Source of the DNA: Chiloscyllium plagiosum
Taxonomy: Eukaryota
Reading direction: 5' to 3'
Length of the DNA: 64,000 nucleotides
Assembly: GCF_004010195.1 (NCBI RefSeq)
Contig: NC_057718.1
Location: 75,993,843 to 76,057,842 of the forward strand
How positions within the stretch are numbered: position 1 is the first letter of the stretch; each line of letters begins with the position of its first letter. The position numbers and the translations under genes were made by a program. Positions 1-11,835 of the stretch are shown here, piece after piece. The notes under the pieces are model-generated. The model had not been told where the DNA came from. It worked only from the letters and a program-made list of their open reading frames with translations, and did no database searches.

Positions 1-1211
1 GGTGTCAACATTTTGACCTCCTGATTGGTTTGTCCAGTTTACAGAGGTGACATATAACTAAGTATCACACTCGGTAATTAAGACCTTTAGATTAGGAGCA
101 GGAATAAGCAATTCAACCCACGAGCCTACCCTGTCATTTAATATGAACATTGCTGATCTATCTCAGCCTCCATTTTCCTGCCTGCTCCCCACAATCCTTT
201 AACCAATTACTGATTTAAAAAAATCTGTTTACCTCCTCCTTAAATGTACTCAATTTTACAGCGTCCACCACAGTCTGGGACAGTGAAATCCACAGATTCA
301 CAACCGTTTGAGGGAAGTAATTTCTCCTAATCTGTTTCAAATTTATTCCTTATCCCAAAACTATAACCTCTTGGTCTAGATTGCCTGAAAGAGGAAATAT
401 ACTCTCCAGGCGGACTTTGTCAATCCCTCTTAGTATTTTACATACATCAATGAAATTGCTTCTCATTCTTCTAAACTCCAGAGAGCCAAGTCCTAAAGTG
501 TTCAATTTCTCTTCATGAGACATACTCATCTCTGGAATCAATCGAGTGACTGTCCTCTGTAGTAGCATTGGAGGCAGTTCAATCTAAAGTAAATGGACCA
601 AAATTGTACGCAATACTGCAGGTGCATTTCACCAATGTCTTGTACAGAAGCATTTGCCTACAGTTATACTTTATTTCTTTTGCAATAAATGCCAAAATTT
701 CATTTGCCTTCCTTATTACTCGTTGTACCTGCATACTAGTATTGTGATTGCGGCACAAGAACATCCAGATCCCACTGCACTGTAGCACTAAAGTTTCTCT
801 CCATGTATTTAGGTTGCCTTGCTATTCCTCCAATCAAAATGGAGGATCTCACACTTGTGGACATTAAACTCCATCTGCCAAATGTTGGCCCATGCCATAC
901 TTACATATGCATTTGTAAGTTTATAATTTCTTCATTGAAACTTATTTTCCCACATATTTTAGTATCTAATTTAACGATACAACCTTCTTTCCCTACATTT
1001 ACGTCATTTATATAAATTGCAAATAATTGGGGCCCAATGACGAAATCTATGTACCCCATTAGTTACAGTTTGCCAACCAGAAGAACACTATTGTGTTAGC
1101 TAGCCAATTCTTTACCCATACTAATGAATTACCCCTCACCCGAATTGATCTTACATTGTGTGTTAACATTTTGTATGGTACCTTATCAAATGCCTTCTGG
1201 AAGTCCAGATA

Positions 1212-1524
1212 TAGATTCGATTACTTACAGTGTGGAAACAGGGCCTTCGGCCCAACAAGTCCACACCGACCCTCCGAAGAGCAACCCACCCAGACCCCTA
1301 CATTTACCCCTTCACCTACCACTATGGGGCAATTTAGCATGGCCAATTTGCCTAACCTGCACATCTTTGGACTGTGGGAGGAAACTGGAGCACCTGGAGA
1401 AAACCCACGCAGACACGGGGTGAATGTGCTAACTCCACACAGACAGTTGTCTGAGGCAGGTATTGAACCCGGGTCTCTGGTGCTGTGAGGTAGCAGTGCT
1501 AACCACTGTGCCACCGTGTTGCCC
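1212..1524 (-). mobile_element. HE1 V-SINE
   Basis: tRNA-like head on minus (GGGCAACACGGTGGCACAGTGGTTAGC...GGTTCAATACC; A and B boxes), V-domain (CTGTGTGGAGTT...CCCACAGTCCAAAGATGTGCAGG) and a CR1-like tail ending in a TCTA-type repeat. Confidence 0.92.
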
Positions 1525-2004
1525 GTACATCTACAGGAGCCCTAGTATCTACCTTGCTTGCGACATTTTTGAAGGTCTCTAGCAAATTAGTCAAACGCAA
1601 TTTGCCTTTCATAAAATCACGTTGACTCTTATGGATTGTGTTTTGTTTTCTAATTGACCTTTATTACTTTTTTTAAGAATGAATTCTAACAACTTCACAA
1701 TGAAACATTAAACTAACTGGTCTACAGCTTCCTACTTCCTATCTTCCCCATTTTTGAATAAGAGTTATTAGCACTGGTTGAATCTGCTAGAACCCTTCCC
1801 CAAACCTAGGGAATTTTGGAATACTATAAATCAATGGATTCACTATCTCCATCACCACTTTCTTTAAGACCCTAGGATATTGACCATTAGGGCCTGGGGA
1901 ATTGTTTGCCTTAAAGTTCAAGAGTTTGCGCAGTACTTTCCCCCAGGAAGGAATTATCACTATCTAGAAACTCTGCATTCCCAGTTACTTTTGGGATGGT
2001 ACTA

Positions 2005-3440
2005 ATATAAAGGATTAGCTGACTAAAACGATGACAGTATGTGGGAATAAAGGAAGTCTTTTTTCAGGATGGCAGCTGGTGACTAGCGGAGCTCCACAGA
2101 TGGTCAGTGTTGGGAGCACACTGTTCACATCTTACATTAATATTTGGAAGAAGAAAATTTGCAACATGTTGCTAGGTTGCAGATGCCACAAAGACAGGTA
2201 GAGGTTCAGGTAATGTTAAGAAAGCAGGGAGGCTGCAGAAGGACTTGGACAGGCTGGGAGAGTAGACAAATAAGTGGCAGACAGGATACAGTGTTTGGTT
2301 ACATACTTAGGTTATCACAATACAGATTAGATTACAGATTAGATTACTTACAGGGTGGAAACAGGCCCTTCGGCCCAACAAGTCCACACTGACCCGCCGA
2401 AGCGCAACCCACCCATACCCCTACCCCTACATTTACCCCTTTAACCTAACACTAAGGGCAATTTAGCATGGCCAATTCACCTGACCCTGCACATCTTTGG
2501 ACTGTGGGAGGAAACCGGAGCACCCGGAGGAAACCCACGCAGACACGGGGAGAACGTGCAAACTCCACACAGTCAGTCGCCTGAGTCGGGAATTGAACCC
2601 GGGTCTCTGGCGCTATGAGGCAGCAGTGCTAACCACTGTGCCACCGTGCCGCCCACTAGCCACCGTGCCGCCAGGTAGGGAGAAGAGGCACAGATGATTG
2701 CCTAAACGGGGAAAGAATTCAGAAACTTGAAGCACACAGAGACTTAGAGGACCTGGTTCAGAATTCTACGTTTAATATGCAGGTTCAGTTGATAGTTAGG
2801 AAGGCAAATGCAATGTTAGCATTCAAGAGTGCTAGGAATACAAGAGCGGAGATGTACTGCTGTAGTTGCATAAGGCTCTGGTAAGACTACATTGGAATAT
2901 TATGAGCAGTTTTGGGCCCTAATATCTTAGGAAGCATGTGCTGACCTTGGGTTGGGGTTGGGGAGGTAGGGGGTGGTGTTGAGAGGAGGGTCATGAGTGA
3001 TCCCAGGGCTGAAGGGCTTGTCACATGAGGAGTGGTAACAGACTCAATGGAGTTTAGAAGGATGGGGGGGGGGGTCTCTCTGAAACTTGTGGGATACCAA
3101 GACGCCTTGATAGAGTGGATGTTTTGTAGATGTTCCCATGAGTAAGAGAGTTTAGGACCCAATGTTACAGCCTCAGAGTGAAGGGATAACCCGTGAGAAC
3201 AGAGATGTGGAGGAATTTCTTCAGCTAGAGGGTGGTTAACCTATGGAACTCATTGACATAGAAGGCTGTGGAAGCCAAATCATTGAGTGTCTTTAAGACA
3301 GAGCCAGATAGGTTCTTGATTATTAATGGGATCAAAAGTTATGTGGAGAATGCAGAGAATGGGATTGAGAAAACTTCAGCCATAATTGAATGGCAGAGCA
3401 GACTCAATGGGCTGAATAGCCTACTTATGCTCCCATATCT
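2005..3440 (+). mobile_element. CR1 LINE 3' portion (RT to 3'UTR), interrupted by an HE1 SINE
   Basis: RT-region DNA (GTGACTAGCGGAGCTCCACAGA...GTGTTGGG, GCAAATGCAATGTTAGCATTC) and a typical 3' end GGGCTGAATAGCCTACTTATGCTCC. Confidence 0.85.
2321..2672 (-). mobile_element. HE1 V-SINE, young copy with a duplicated 5' tip
   Basis: Same head, V-domain and tail as the 1212 copy, CpGs largely retained, (TAGAT)-type tail at 2321-2348. GCCACCGTGCCGCC occurs twice (2640-2653, 2659-2672). Confidence 0.93.
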
Positions 3441-3774
3441 TCTATCCTCCACCATGAAAACTGAAGCAAAATACTGATTTTGTGACTTTGCCATTTGTGT
3501 TCCCCACAATTAATTCCCTAGTCTCACCCTCCAAGGGACCAACATTCATTTCGGCTATTATCTTGCCTTTTATATATTTATAGGTCTTTTGCTATCCATT
3601 TTTATATTTTCCTTTACTTTTCTTCCATAATTTACCTTTGCTCATTTTATTACTTTTTTAGTTGATGCTTTGTTGATCTTCAAACGTTTCCCACTCTTTT
3701 TACCTGTCACTGGCCTTTGAAATATTGTATGCCATAGTTTTTGTTTGTATATTATCTTGAAATTCTTACCATTA

Positions 3775-4085
3775 AGTGTACAAGTCCTGCCCTGATTTGC
3801 CTTACCAAAATGCAGTACTTCACATTTATCTAAATTAAACTCCCTCTGCCACTCCTCGGCCCATTGATCCGTCTGGTCAAGGTCCCTATGTATTCAGAGG
3901 TAAACCTCTTCGCTGTTCACTACACCACCAATTTTGGTGTCTCCTGCAAATTTACTAACCATACATCCTATTTTCATTTTGAAATAATTTATACACATGA
4001 CAAAAAGCAGTGGAGCCAGCACAGATCCTTACAACCCACCAGTGGTCAAAAACCTCCAGTCCAAACATCAACCTTCAGTCTTTTA
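3775..4085 (-). mobile_element. CR1 RT fragment
   Basis: CCAAAATGCAGTACTTCACATTTATCTAAATTAAACTCC..., near-identical to CR1 copies at 19480, 44990 and 48200. Confidence 0.8.
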
Positions 4086-4649
4086 CCCAGTCAACTCTGT
4101 CCTCATGCCAATGTAATTACCTTTATTTTACAAAAGAACACTAGTATGGGACTCCAGTTGCTTCTCCTCCAACTGAATTTGAAATTCTAACATGCTCAGT
4201 GCTATTCTCAGTCAGCAGTTAAGAACCAGCTACAGTGCTGTGGACCTGGAGTCATGTAAGGGCCAGACCAGAAAAGGATAGCAAATTTCCCTCCCCAAAG
4301 AACATTGGAGGTGGTTTGTTTATTTTGCTATTTAGGTTATGCCTATGTACCATAATGTCATGGGGAGATATTAAAAGGGTTTTTTTAATGTTTAGATGTA
4401 TGGTTTTCTGCAGAAGCAGATGAAATTAGCTGGAAGCAGCTTTGAGATAAGTAGAAAGATTTTGTTTCAGGAGCTGTTGACCAGTTACAGAAGGCTCACG
4501 CCTGAGCTGACAGTCCACAATCATGAGGTGCTGAAGTGCCATCTAGCCAGATGTTAATTGAAGGAACCCAAGATATTTCATAACTCAGAACAGTGGGAAC
4601 ACACTAGAAAATTAAAGTGAATTCCTGAGAGCTGTGCTACACCTTAGTT

Positions 4650-4990
4650 TAGAACATAGATAGAACATAGAACAGGCTCTTTGGCCCACAATGTTGTGCC
4701 GAGGTTTAATTAACGTAAAATATAGTAACTTAATCTAGGCACCCCTCAACTCAGTGCTATCCATGTACATGTCCAGCAGTCGCTTAAATGTCCCCAATGA
4801 CTCTGCTTCCACCACTATAGCTGGCAACGCATTCCATGCATTCACTACTCTCTGCGTAAAGAACCGACCTCTGACGTCTACTTTATACCTTCCTCCTAAT
4901 CTCTTCAAACTATGACTTCTCGTACCAGTCAATCCTGCCCTGGGGAAAGTCTCTGTCTATTGACTCTATCTATTCCACTCATTATTTTGA
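4650..4990 (-). mobile_element. CR1 3' end
   Basis: ORF 4735-4932 (TRSHSLK...FFTQRVVNAWNALP...VVEAESLGTFKRLLD) is the CR1 ORF2 C-terminus; (CATAGAA)-type terminal repeat. Confidence 0.88.
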
Positions 4991-6099
4991 TCCCAGAAAA
5001 AGAGATCAAAATCCTGTCACCTTTAGATGGAAGCAGGCAAAGTTTGTTGTTGCAATTTTTTGAGTGCAAGATGAAATAGTGCTCAAGTTAGTAACATTCA
5101 CTATTTAACTCATACAGTAGAGGATTTTGTTTAAAGTGTAGAATTAGGTCACATGGTTTCTTCAGTTGATAACGGAGTTAAAAAAAGATACTAATCTTTC
5201 CCGCGATTGTAACAAAAGATGTATTCAAGATCATAATGGGTCTAGATAGAAAGTGCACCCATTGGCAAAGGAGCCAAAAACAGAAGAAGATGATACTGAT
5301 TAGAAACAAAGACAAAATAACCAACAGGCAGCATGAAGTAAAGCTTTTCTACACAGTCAGTGCTTAGCATCTGGACTATACAGTCTGAGAATGTGGTAGA
5401 AAAAAAAATAAATTATGGCTTACAAAATGGAATTTGATAAGCACCTGATAAGAAAAAATGTTGCCAGACTACAGGGAACAGTGAATTGGCCTGCTTACAT
5501 TGGGCTGAATGGGGTCCATCTGTGTTATTACCATTCTACGTATGGATTCTAAATGTACAAACTGAAAATCTGGAGGGAATTGTTTAAAATATGTTATTGC
5601 CCTCTAGGCTCCAGGAATAAAAAGTTAATTGCCAGGAAATTGCTGCAAACAATGAGAGAAAAATCATTACACAGAGCATAATGTATTTTTTATTTTAAAT
5701 CTGTGAACATTTCTATTTGAAATGGAAGGAAAATCTATTTGCCAGACAAGATTTGTCAAAAGACAAAAGAATGTGTCCAATTTTGTAACAGAGATTTGGC
5801 GTGTGTAGGCATACTGCCACTAAGATGGGAATGATTCTAACAGGAGCAGGAAATAAACAGTTGGTGCTAGCAGGTTCTAAGAGGAAATATCTAGGAAGAA
5901 ATCTTCAATTACCCTAATTAGCAACCACATTCTGTTTTTCTTTATGACAGCAGCAAATGAGTCAGGCCAAGATTTAGATGATACTAACGGCAAACTGTCA
6001 AACGACAAAGTCTGATTTAGCAACTCAGCTAATTCAATAATCAAACATTAAGTTGCACAATCAAAAAATATAGAAGCAAAGACCAGGAAACACCTGTGC

Positions 6100-8365
6100 A
6101 AACCCTGTGAACTGCTACATTAAGTATTAAACATGGTACCCTCTGCCAATGATTCAAGGCACTTAGTAAAGAGCCACATTCAGAAAATAGTACACACAAG
6201 TTACCAACAATTCTCTCAGGTTCGAAAATTTCTGCTCAGGTATTCTGTGCATGACTGTTTTGGGAAGAGTGTTGACTGCACAGTCCTTGCAGACACAAAG
6301 TCCACCTTCACACTGACAATATCCTCCACTATGTTATGTATCACTTTAATCATGTTAAATGGTATAACCTCAAAACACATCTAGCAACTCAAGATGGGGC
6401 ATTTAGGAGATGCTGCAACAGAATTGTACTCCAGCAAAATCTGCAACCTCATGGCCCAGCACATCCCACTCAAACATTACTATCCAGCTGGGGGATTAAC
6501 CTGGTGCAATGGAGTGTGCATACCAGGAGCAGTACAGGCATATCTGAAAATAAGGTGTCAACCTTGTGAAGCTACTAAACAGGACTACTTGTGTGACAAA
6601 CAGCAGAAGTAGCAAGTGACAGACAGAGCTAAGCAATGCCACAACCAATGGATCAGAGCTAAAGTCTACAGTTCTGCCACATCTAGTCATGAATTGTGAA
6701 GGGCAATTAAACAATTCACTGGAGGAGATGGCTCCACAAATACCCCCATCCTCAGTGATGGAGGAGCCCAGCACAATTCAAAGTTCAATTGATTGCAGCA
6801 ATCTTCAGTCAAAAGCGCCAAGTGGAGAACCAATCTTGGCCTCCCCCAGTGGTCCCTAACATCACAAAGGCCAGTTTACAGCCAATTCAAGTCACTTCAT
6901 TTGATATCAAGAAACAGTTAGACACACTAGATACAGCAAAGGCAATGGGTCCTGACAGCATTCCAGCAACAGTACTGAAGACTTGTGCTCCAGAACTTGC
7001 CACTTCCCCCAGCCAAGTTCTTGACATTCAGCCACACCATTGGCAACCTCCTGACAATGTAGAAAATTGCCCACATATGTCCTGCACACAAAAAGCAGGA
7101 CAATATCAACCTGGCTGTTACCATCCCATCTGTTTGCGCGCCATCATCAGTAAAATGATAGAAGGTATCAGCAGGGCTATCAAGCAGTATTGCTTGGCAA
7201 CCATCTGCTCTGACACCCAGTTTGGGTTTTGCCAGGACCACACAACTCCTAATTTTATTACAGCCTTGGTTAAAACATGGACAAAAGAGCTGAATTCCAC
7301 AAGTTAGGTGAGAGGGAGTGAGACATCAAAAAGCCCTAGCAAAACCAAAATCAATGGGAATCAGGGGTAAAACTCTACTTGTTGGAGTCATACCTAAACA
7401 TAAAAGAAAATGGTTGTTGCTATTGGATGTCAGTCGTCTCAGCTCCAGGGCATCTCCGTGAGAGTGCCTCAGGGTAGTATCCTAGGCCCCACCATCTTCA
7501 ATTTCATCCACCAGAAGGTCAGAAATTGAGGTGTTGGTTGATGATTGCAATAATGTTCAGTACTATTCATGACTCCTCAAATACCGAAGCAGTCCATGTT
7601 CAAGTGCAACAACATCAAGATAATATCAAGATTTGGGCTGACCAGTGGCAAATAACATTCACTCCACACAAATGCCAGCCTATGACCATCATCAGAAAGT
7701 GTCAATCCAACCACCACCCCTTGACATTCAGTAGTGTTACCATCACAGAATCCCCCATCAACACTCTGGAGCTGCCATTGGACTTGGCATATAATACAAT
7801 GGCTACAACAGACAACATGGTGGCTCAGTACTTACCACTGCTGCCTCACAACACCAGCAATCTGGGTATGATTCCATCCTTGAACGACCATCTGTGTAGA
7901 GTTTACACATTCTCCTCGTGTCTGCATGGGTTTCATCTGGTTTCTTCCCACAATCCAAAGATGTGCAGGATAGGCGGATTGACCTGCTAAATTGCCCATG
8001 ATGTCTACGAATGTGCAGGCTAGGGGAATTAGCCATGGGAAATGTAAGATTACAGGGATAAAGTGGGGGAATGAGTCTGAGTTGGATGCTTTTCGGAAGG
8101 GCAGTGTGGACTCGATGCACTGAATGGTCTGCTCCCACACCGTGGGATTCTACTATGCTAAGAGCAAGTCACAGGATAAGAATCACTTCCCGATTCCCCA
8201 AAGCTGGGCCACAATCTACAAGGAACAACTCAGGAACGTGATGGAATACTCTCTCCTTGCCTGGATGAGTGCAGCTCCAGCAACACAAGAAGCTTGCCTC
8301 TATCTAAGTCAAAGCAGCCTGCATAATTGGTACCACATCCACCAATACACACTCCCTCCACCACT
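6100..8365 (+). mobile_element. Decayed LINE of a second CR1-group lineage (RT region), with an HE1 SINE inserted
   Basis: ORF 6789-7307 has LDTAKAMGPDSIPATVLKTCAPELA...YHPICL...QFGFCQDH; later PQGSILGP-type DNA and MEYSLLAWMSAA. Frameshifted. Confidence 0.82.
7812..8160 (+). mobile_element. HE1 V-SINE (older copy)
   Basis: GGTGGCTCAGTACTTACCACTGCTGCCTCAC head, V-domain, tail CCACACCGTGGGATTCTA; splits the LINE phrase GGCTACAA...AGAGCAAGTC. Confidence 0.85.
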
Positions 8366-9062
8366 TACCTACCAGAGGGAACTGAGAGACTGTTGTGTGC
8401 TCTGCTCCAAGGAGACTTGGCTCACACCTGTCATTCCCGACTGCGCCCTACAAGCTGATGGGTACTCCATACATCATGTGAACTGCACATAATCCTCGGA
8501 CAAGGAAAAGGTTGATGGGGCATGCTTCCTGATCAACACTTCCTAGTGCTCGGTCTTAGTGACCTTGACAAGCCACTGCTCCCCTGATCTGGAATACCTT
8601 ACAGTAAAATGCCATCCCTTATTCCTACGAGAGTTCACCTCTGCCATCCTGACAGTAGTCTTCATCCCACCCAGTGTGGATGTGAAAAATGCCCTGGACG
8701 TGATTTACACTGCCACAAACACTCTAGAGATGAAATTCCATGAGGCCCTACTCATCATGGTCAGCGACTTCAACCAGGCCACCCTTTAGAGGGTTCTGCC
8801 AAAACACCACCAACACACCTCCTGCCCCACCAGATGGCCAAGCATCATGGACCACTGTTACACAACTAAAGATACATACCACTCCATTCCCTGCCCACAC
8901 TTCAGAAAATCAGATCACAGCACTGTGTTCCTCTTCCCAGCTTACAAGCAGAAGTTGAAACGGGAGGATCCTTCACAAAAGGAAGTACAATGCGGGTCCA
9001 AGGTTGTGGAAGACAATCTCTGGGACTGCTTGGAATCAGTGGACAGGACCACATTCAAGTAC
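8365..9062 (+). mobile_element. Rex1/Babar LINE, apurinic endonuclease fragment
   Basis: Peptides YQRELRDCCVLCSKETWL, CSPDLEYLTVKCHPLFLREFT, SDFNQA and DHCYT...PHFRKSDH are Rex1-type APE motifs. Confidence 0.85.
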
Positions 9063-9179
9063 ATCATCTTTGCTGTGACAAGTGTGCGTAGCTATTTCTT
9101 TTTGTCATATCAAGTTAACTGATTGGTTGAAGACATAGGATTTCATGGTTGGGACTGTGAAAGATGCTGAAACGTATCA

Positions 9180-9626
9180 TATTGGAAAGATGTTGTGAAA
9201 CTTGAAAGGGTTCAGAAAAGATTTACAAGGATGTTGCCAGGATTGGAGGATTTGAGCTATAGGGGGAGGCTGAACAGGCTGAGGCTGTTTTCCCTCAGAG
9301 GCTGAGGGGTGACCTTATAGAGGTTTACAAAATTATGAGGGGCATGGATAGGATAAATAGACAAAATCTTTTCCCTGGGATCGGAGAGTCCAGAACTAGA
9401 GGGCGTAGGTTTAAGGTGAGAGAGGAAAGGTATAAAAGAGATCTAAGGGGCAACGTTTTCACAGAGGGTGGTACGTGTATGGAATGAGCTGCCAGAGGAT
9501 GTGGTGGAGGCTGGTACAATTGCAACATTTAAGAGGCATTTGGATGGGTATATGAATAGGAAGGGTTTGGAGGGATATGGGCCGGGTGCTGGCAGGTGGG
9601 ACTAGATTGGGTTGGGATATCTGGTT
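9180..9626 (+). mobile_element. CR1/HER1 3' end, young
   Basis: CTTGAAAGGGTTCAGAAAAGATTTACAAGGATGTTGCC...GGACCGAAGGGTCT...CTCTATGACTCTAT terminus. Confidence 0.9.
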
Positions 9627-10829
9627 GGCATGGATAGGTTGGACCGAAGGGTCTATCTCCATACTGTACATCTCTATGACTCTATATGTCCAGCATTTTT
9701 AGCGAGGATGGTTGCACAATTCTCTGTGGAATAACCAGTGTTTTTGACAATTTCAATATAATCTCTATCCTTTAATACTGTAGGTTCAGATTTATCTCAC
9801 ATGCACTGTTAAACATCTCACCTTTTCTACTACCTTCAGAGATCTGGAAAACTGTACTCCAAGGTCCCCTTGTTTATTCCATACTTCTCAGTTTTACACC
9901 TTTTGCATTTTCCCTTGCCTTGCTCCCACGGCCCAAATGCATTACCTCAGTTTTCCAAACAATTTCTCTCAGCACCTTTCAGACCTATTTAAATCTACAC
10001 ACCCACACACACACCTGTATGTGAGACTACTCAAAAGGTGGTTCAAAGATGGCTGCTATCGAACACAGAATGGGTACATTTCTGTTTTAGAAATATCCAA
10101 CCAATTACCTGGATAAATCTAACCCATCGCCATTCTGGAACATCTCACTTCCCATTTATATGAATATTCCAGTCAAGCCAACACAGGAACACTGGCCAGA
10201 ATGTCTACTTCAGCTCATTCAGAACAAAGCAAACAACTGAAATACATTGTGCACGAGATGGCACTAATGTTTGCACAATTGTTTGCAACAAAACAGAATA
10301 GTTTCACCAGGGTACCAAAACACACTGTTTGCTGAGTGGCTAAGCCAGAAAACCCACAGTAGTAACATGACAACTGTTAATTTGAATTGTCTTTAATTAT
10401 GCAGTTTTTGACTTATTTTTTCAGTCTGCTTATACCATCAGGGCAATCAACAATAAAAGCAGCTCTGGGCTTAACTGAGCATACTGCTAATTTTGACCTC
10501 TCTCAAGAGTCTGATTTCTGAAAAAGTCCATAATTTTGTCTGCAATGTTATCTAATTCCTGGTTTATAACCTTCATCTGCAACTTGACTACAACTGAGCT
10601 CCTGCAAACAGATGAACAGAAGGAGTTCGACTAGATATAGACTTTACTAGAATCTAACTCACGTTAACCAAGCTGAAAACATTTTATTCAAGTAATCTGG
10701 AACTTTTTTTTTCTTCCCCCCCCCCCTTTCTCATTCTCTGTGCTTTGTACAAATTTGGTCTCCTTATTTGAAACCGGATATAAATATTTTTAAAGCATTT
10801 CATAAAAGGTACACTTAATCCACTCTTGA

Positions 10830-11300
10830 CATGAACGAGAAGGATTTGAATAGTGTGGGCCAATACCCATTGGAGTTAGAGGAATAAGATGTGATCCTAC
10901 AAATTATATGGTCATATAATATCAAAAACAAACAAACCTGAGGAAATTTGGCAAAGTACACTCTAAGAGGATATTCCTTCCTGTAAGACAGAACGGAATC
11001 AAGGGCAGAGTGTTCAGGAATAAGAAATACTCCTTTTAAAATGGAGATGAGGAGGAATATTTTCTTTGATAGAATTTAGTCTGTGGAATTCATTTCCCAA
11101 GATGACAATGGAGGCTGCATCATTACGTTGATATAAGGCTGAGCTAGACAAGATTTCTGATAGACCAGAGAGCCAAGATTTTATTTTGAGAGGGGGTGGA
11201 AGCATAGAAAACTGAAGTTGAGCCCACAATCAGATCAGCTACGATCCTTCTGAATGAAGGGCTATATGGGTTGCTCCTCCTAAATTCTATGTTCCTATGT
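10830..11300 (+). mobile_element. Old CR1 3' end
   Basis: GAGATGAGGAGGAATATTTTCT...GTCTGTGGAATTC and a terminal CTCCTAAATTCTATGTTCCTATGT. Confidence 0.7.
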
Positions 11301-11304
11301 AGGA

Positions 11305-11455
11305 ATGAACCAAACAGAGGTGACAGAGACACAAATACCAGGCAGCTCAGACCACCAATGCTCTACCAGAGGAGCACTGACGACGTCACCTAGCGAGATG
11401 ATGAAACATGTGCAGAAAAACAGAAAAATATCTGCTCAGCGAACAAATCTATGAC
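11305..11455 (+). mobile_element. Penelope-like pseudo-LTR fragment with a decayed hammerhead motif (11374-11413)
   Basis: GCA-CTGACGA-C-GTCACC-TAGCGA-GATGAT-GAAAC-ATG-TGC gives helix I GCA/TGC, a CUGANGA core, an imperfect helix II and GAAAC; the cleavage triplet is mutated. Confidence 0.6.
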
Positions 11456-11530
11456 CTTTTCAGGATGAGTGCAATTGGCAAATAAACCTCAACACAGATG
11501 AGCATAGGTGGACCATTTCTGTCAGAAGAA

Positions 11531-11835
11531 TGGCTCAGTGGTTAGCACTGCTGCCTCTCAGCACCAGGGTCCCAGGTTCGATTCCAGCCTCGGACAACTG
11601 TGGGGAGTTTGCACATTATCCCCGTGTCTGCGTGGGTTTCCTCCAGGTGCTCGGTTTCCTCCCACGGTCCAATGATGAGCAGGTCAGGTGAATTGGCCAT
11701 GCTAAATTGCCCATAGTGTTAGGTGCATTAGTCAGAGGGAAATAGCACAGGGTGGTTTACTCTTCAGAGGGTCGGTGTGGACTTGTTGGGCCAAATGGTC
11801 TGTTTCCACACTGTATGGAATCTAATCTAATCTAA
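11531..11835 (+). mobile_element. HE1 V-SINE
   Basis: TGGCTCAGTGGTTAGC A box, GGTTCGATTCC B box, V-domain and a (TCTAA)3 tail. Confidence 0.92.

Larger units (their letters stand above)
80..3770 (-). mobile_element. Decayed CR1/HER1-type LINE, split by an HE1 SINE (1212-1524) and a plus-strand CR1 (2005-3440)
   Basis: Minus ORFs 350-568 and 579-788 give CR1 RT C-terminal peptides (TRLIPEM...LGLGSLEFRRMR...KILRGIDKV). CR1-like sequence resumes at 1525-1950 and 3441-3770. Confidence 0.8.

Noticed and set aside
1093-1514. Recurring ORFs such as MANLPNLHIFGLWEET and MAQWLALLPHS (also near 2.5, 39, 41 and 60 kb) as a gene family
   Set aside because: They are chance translations of the non-coding HE1 SINE.
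11531-11590. tRNA gene (A and B boxes)
   Set aside because: It is the tRNA-derived head of an HE1 SINE, continuing into the V-domain and LINE-like tail.
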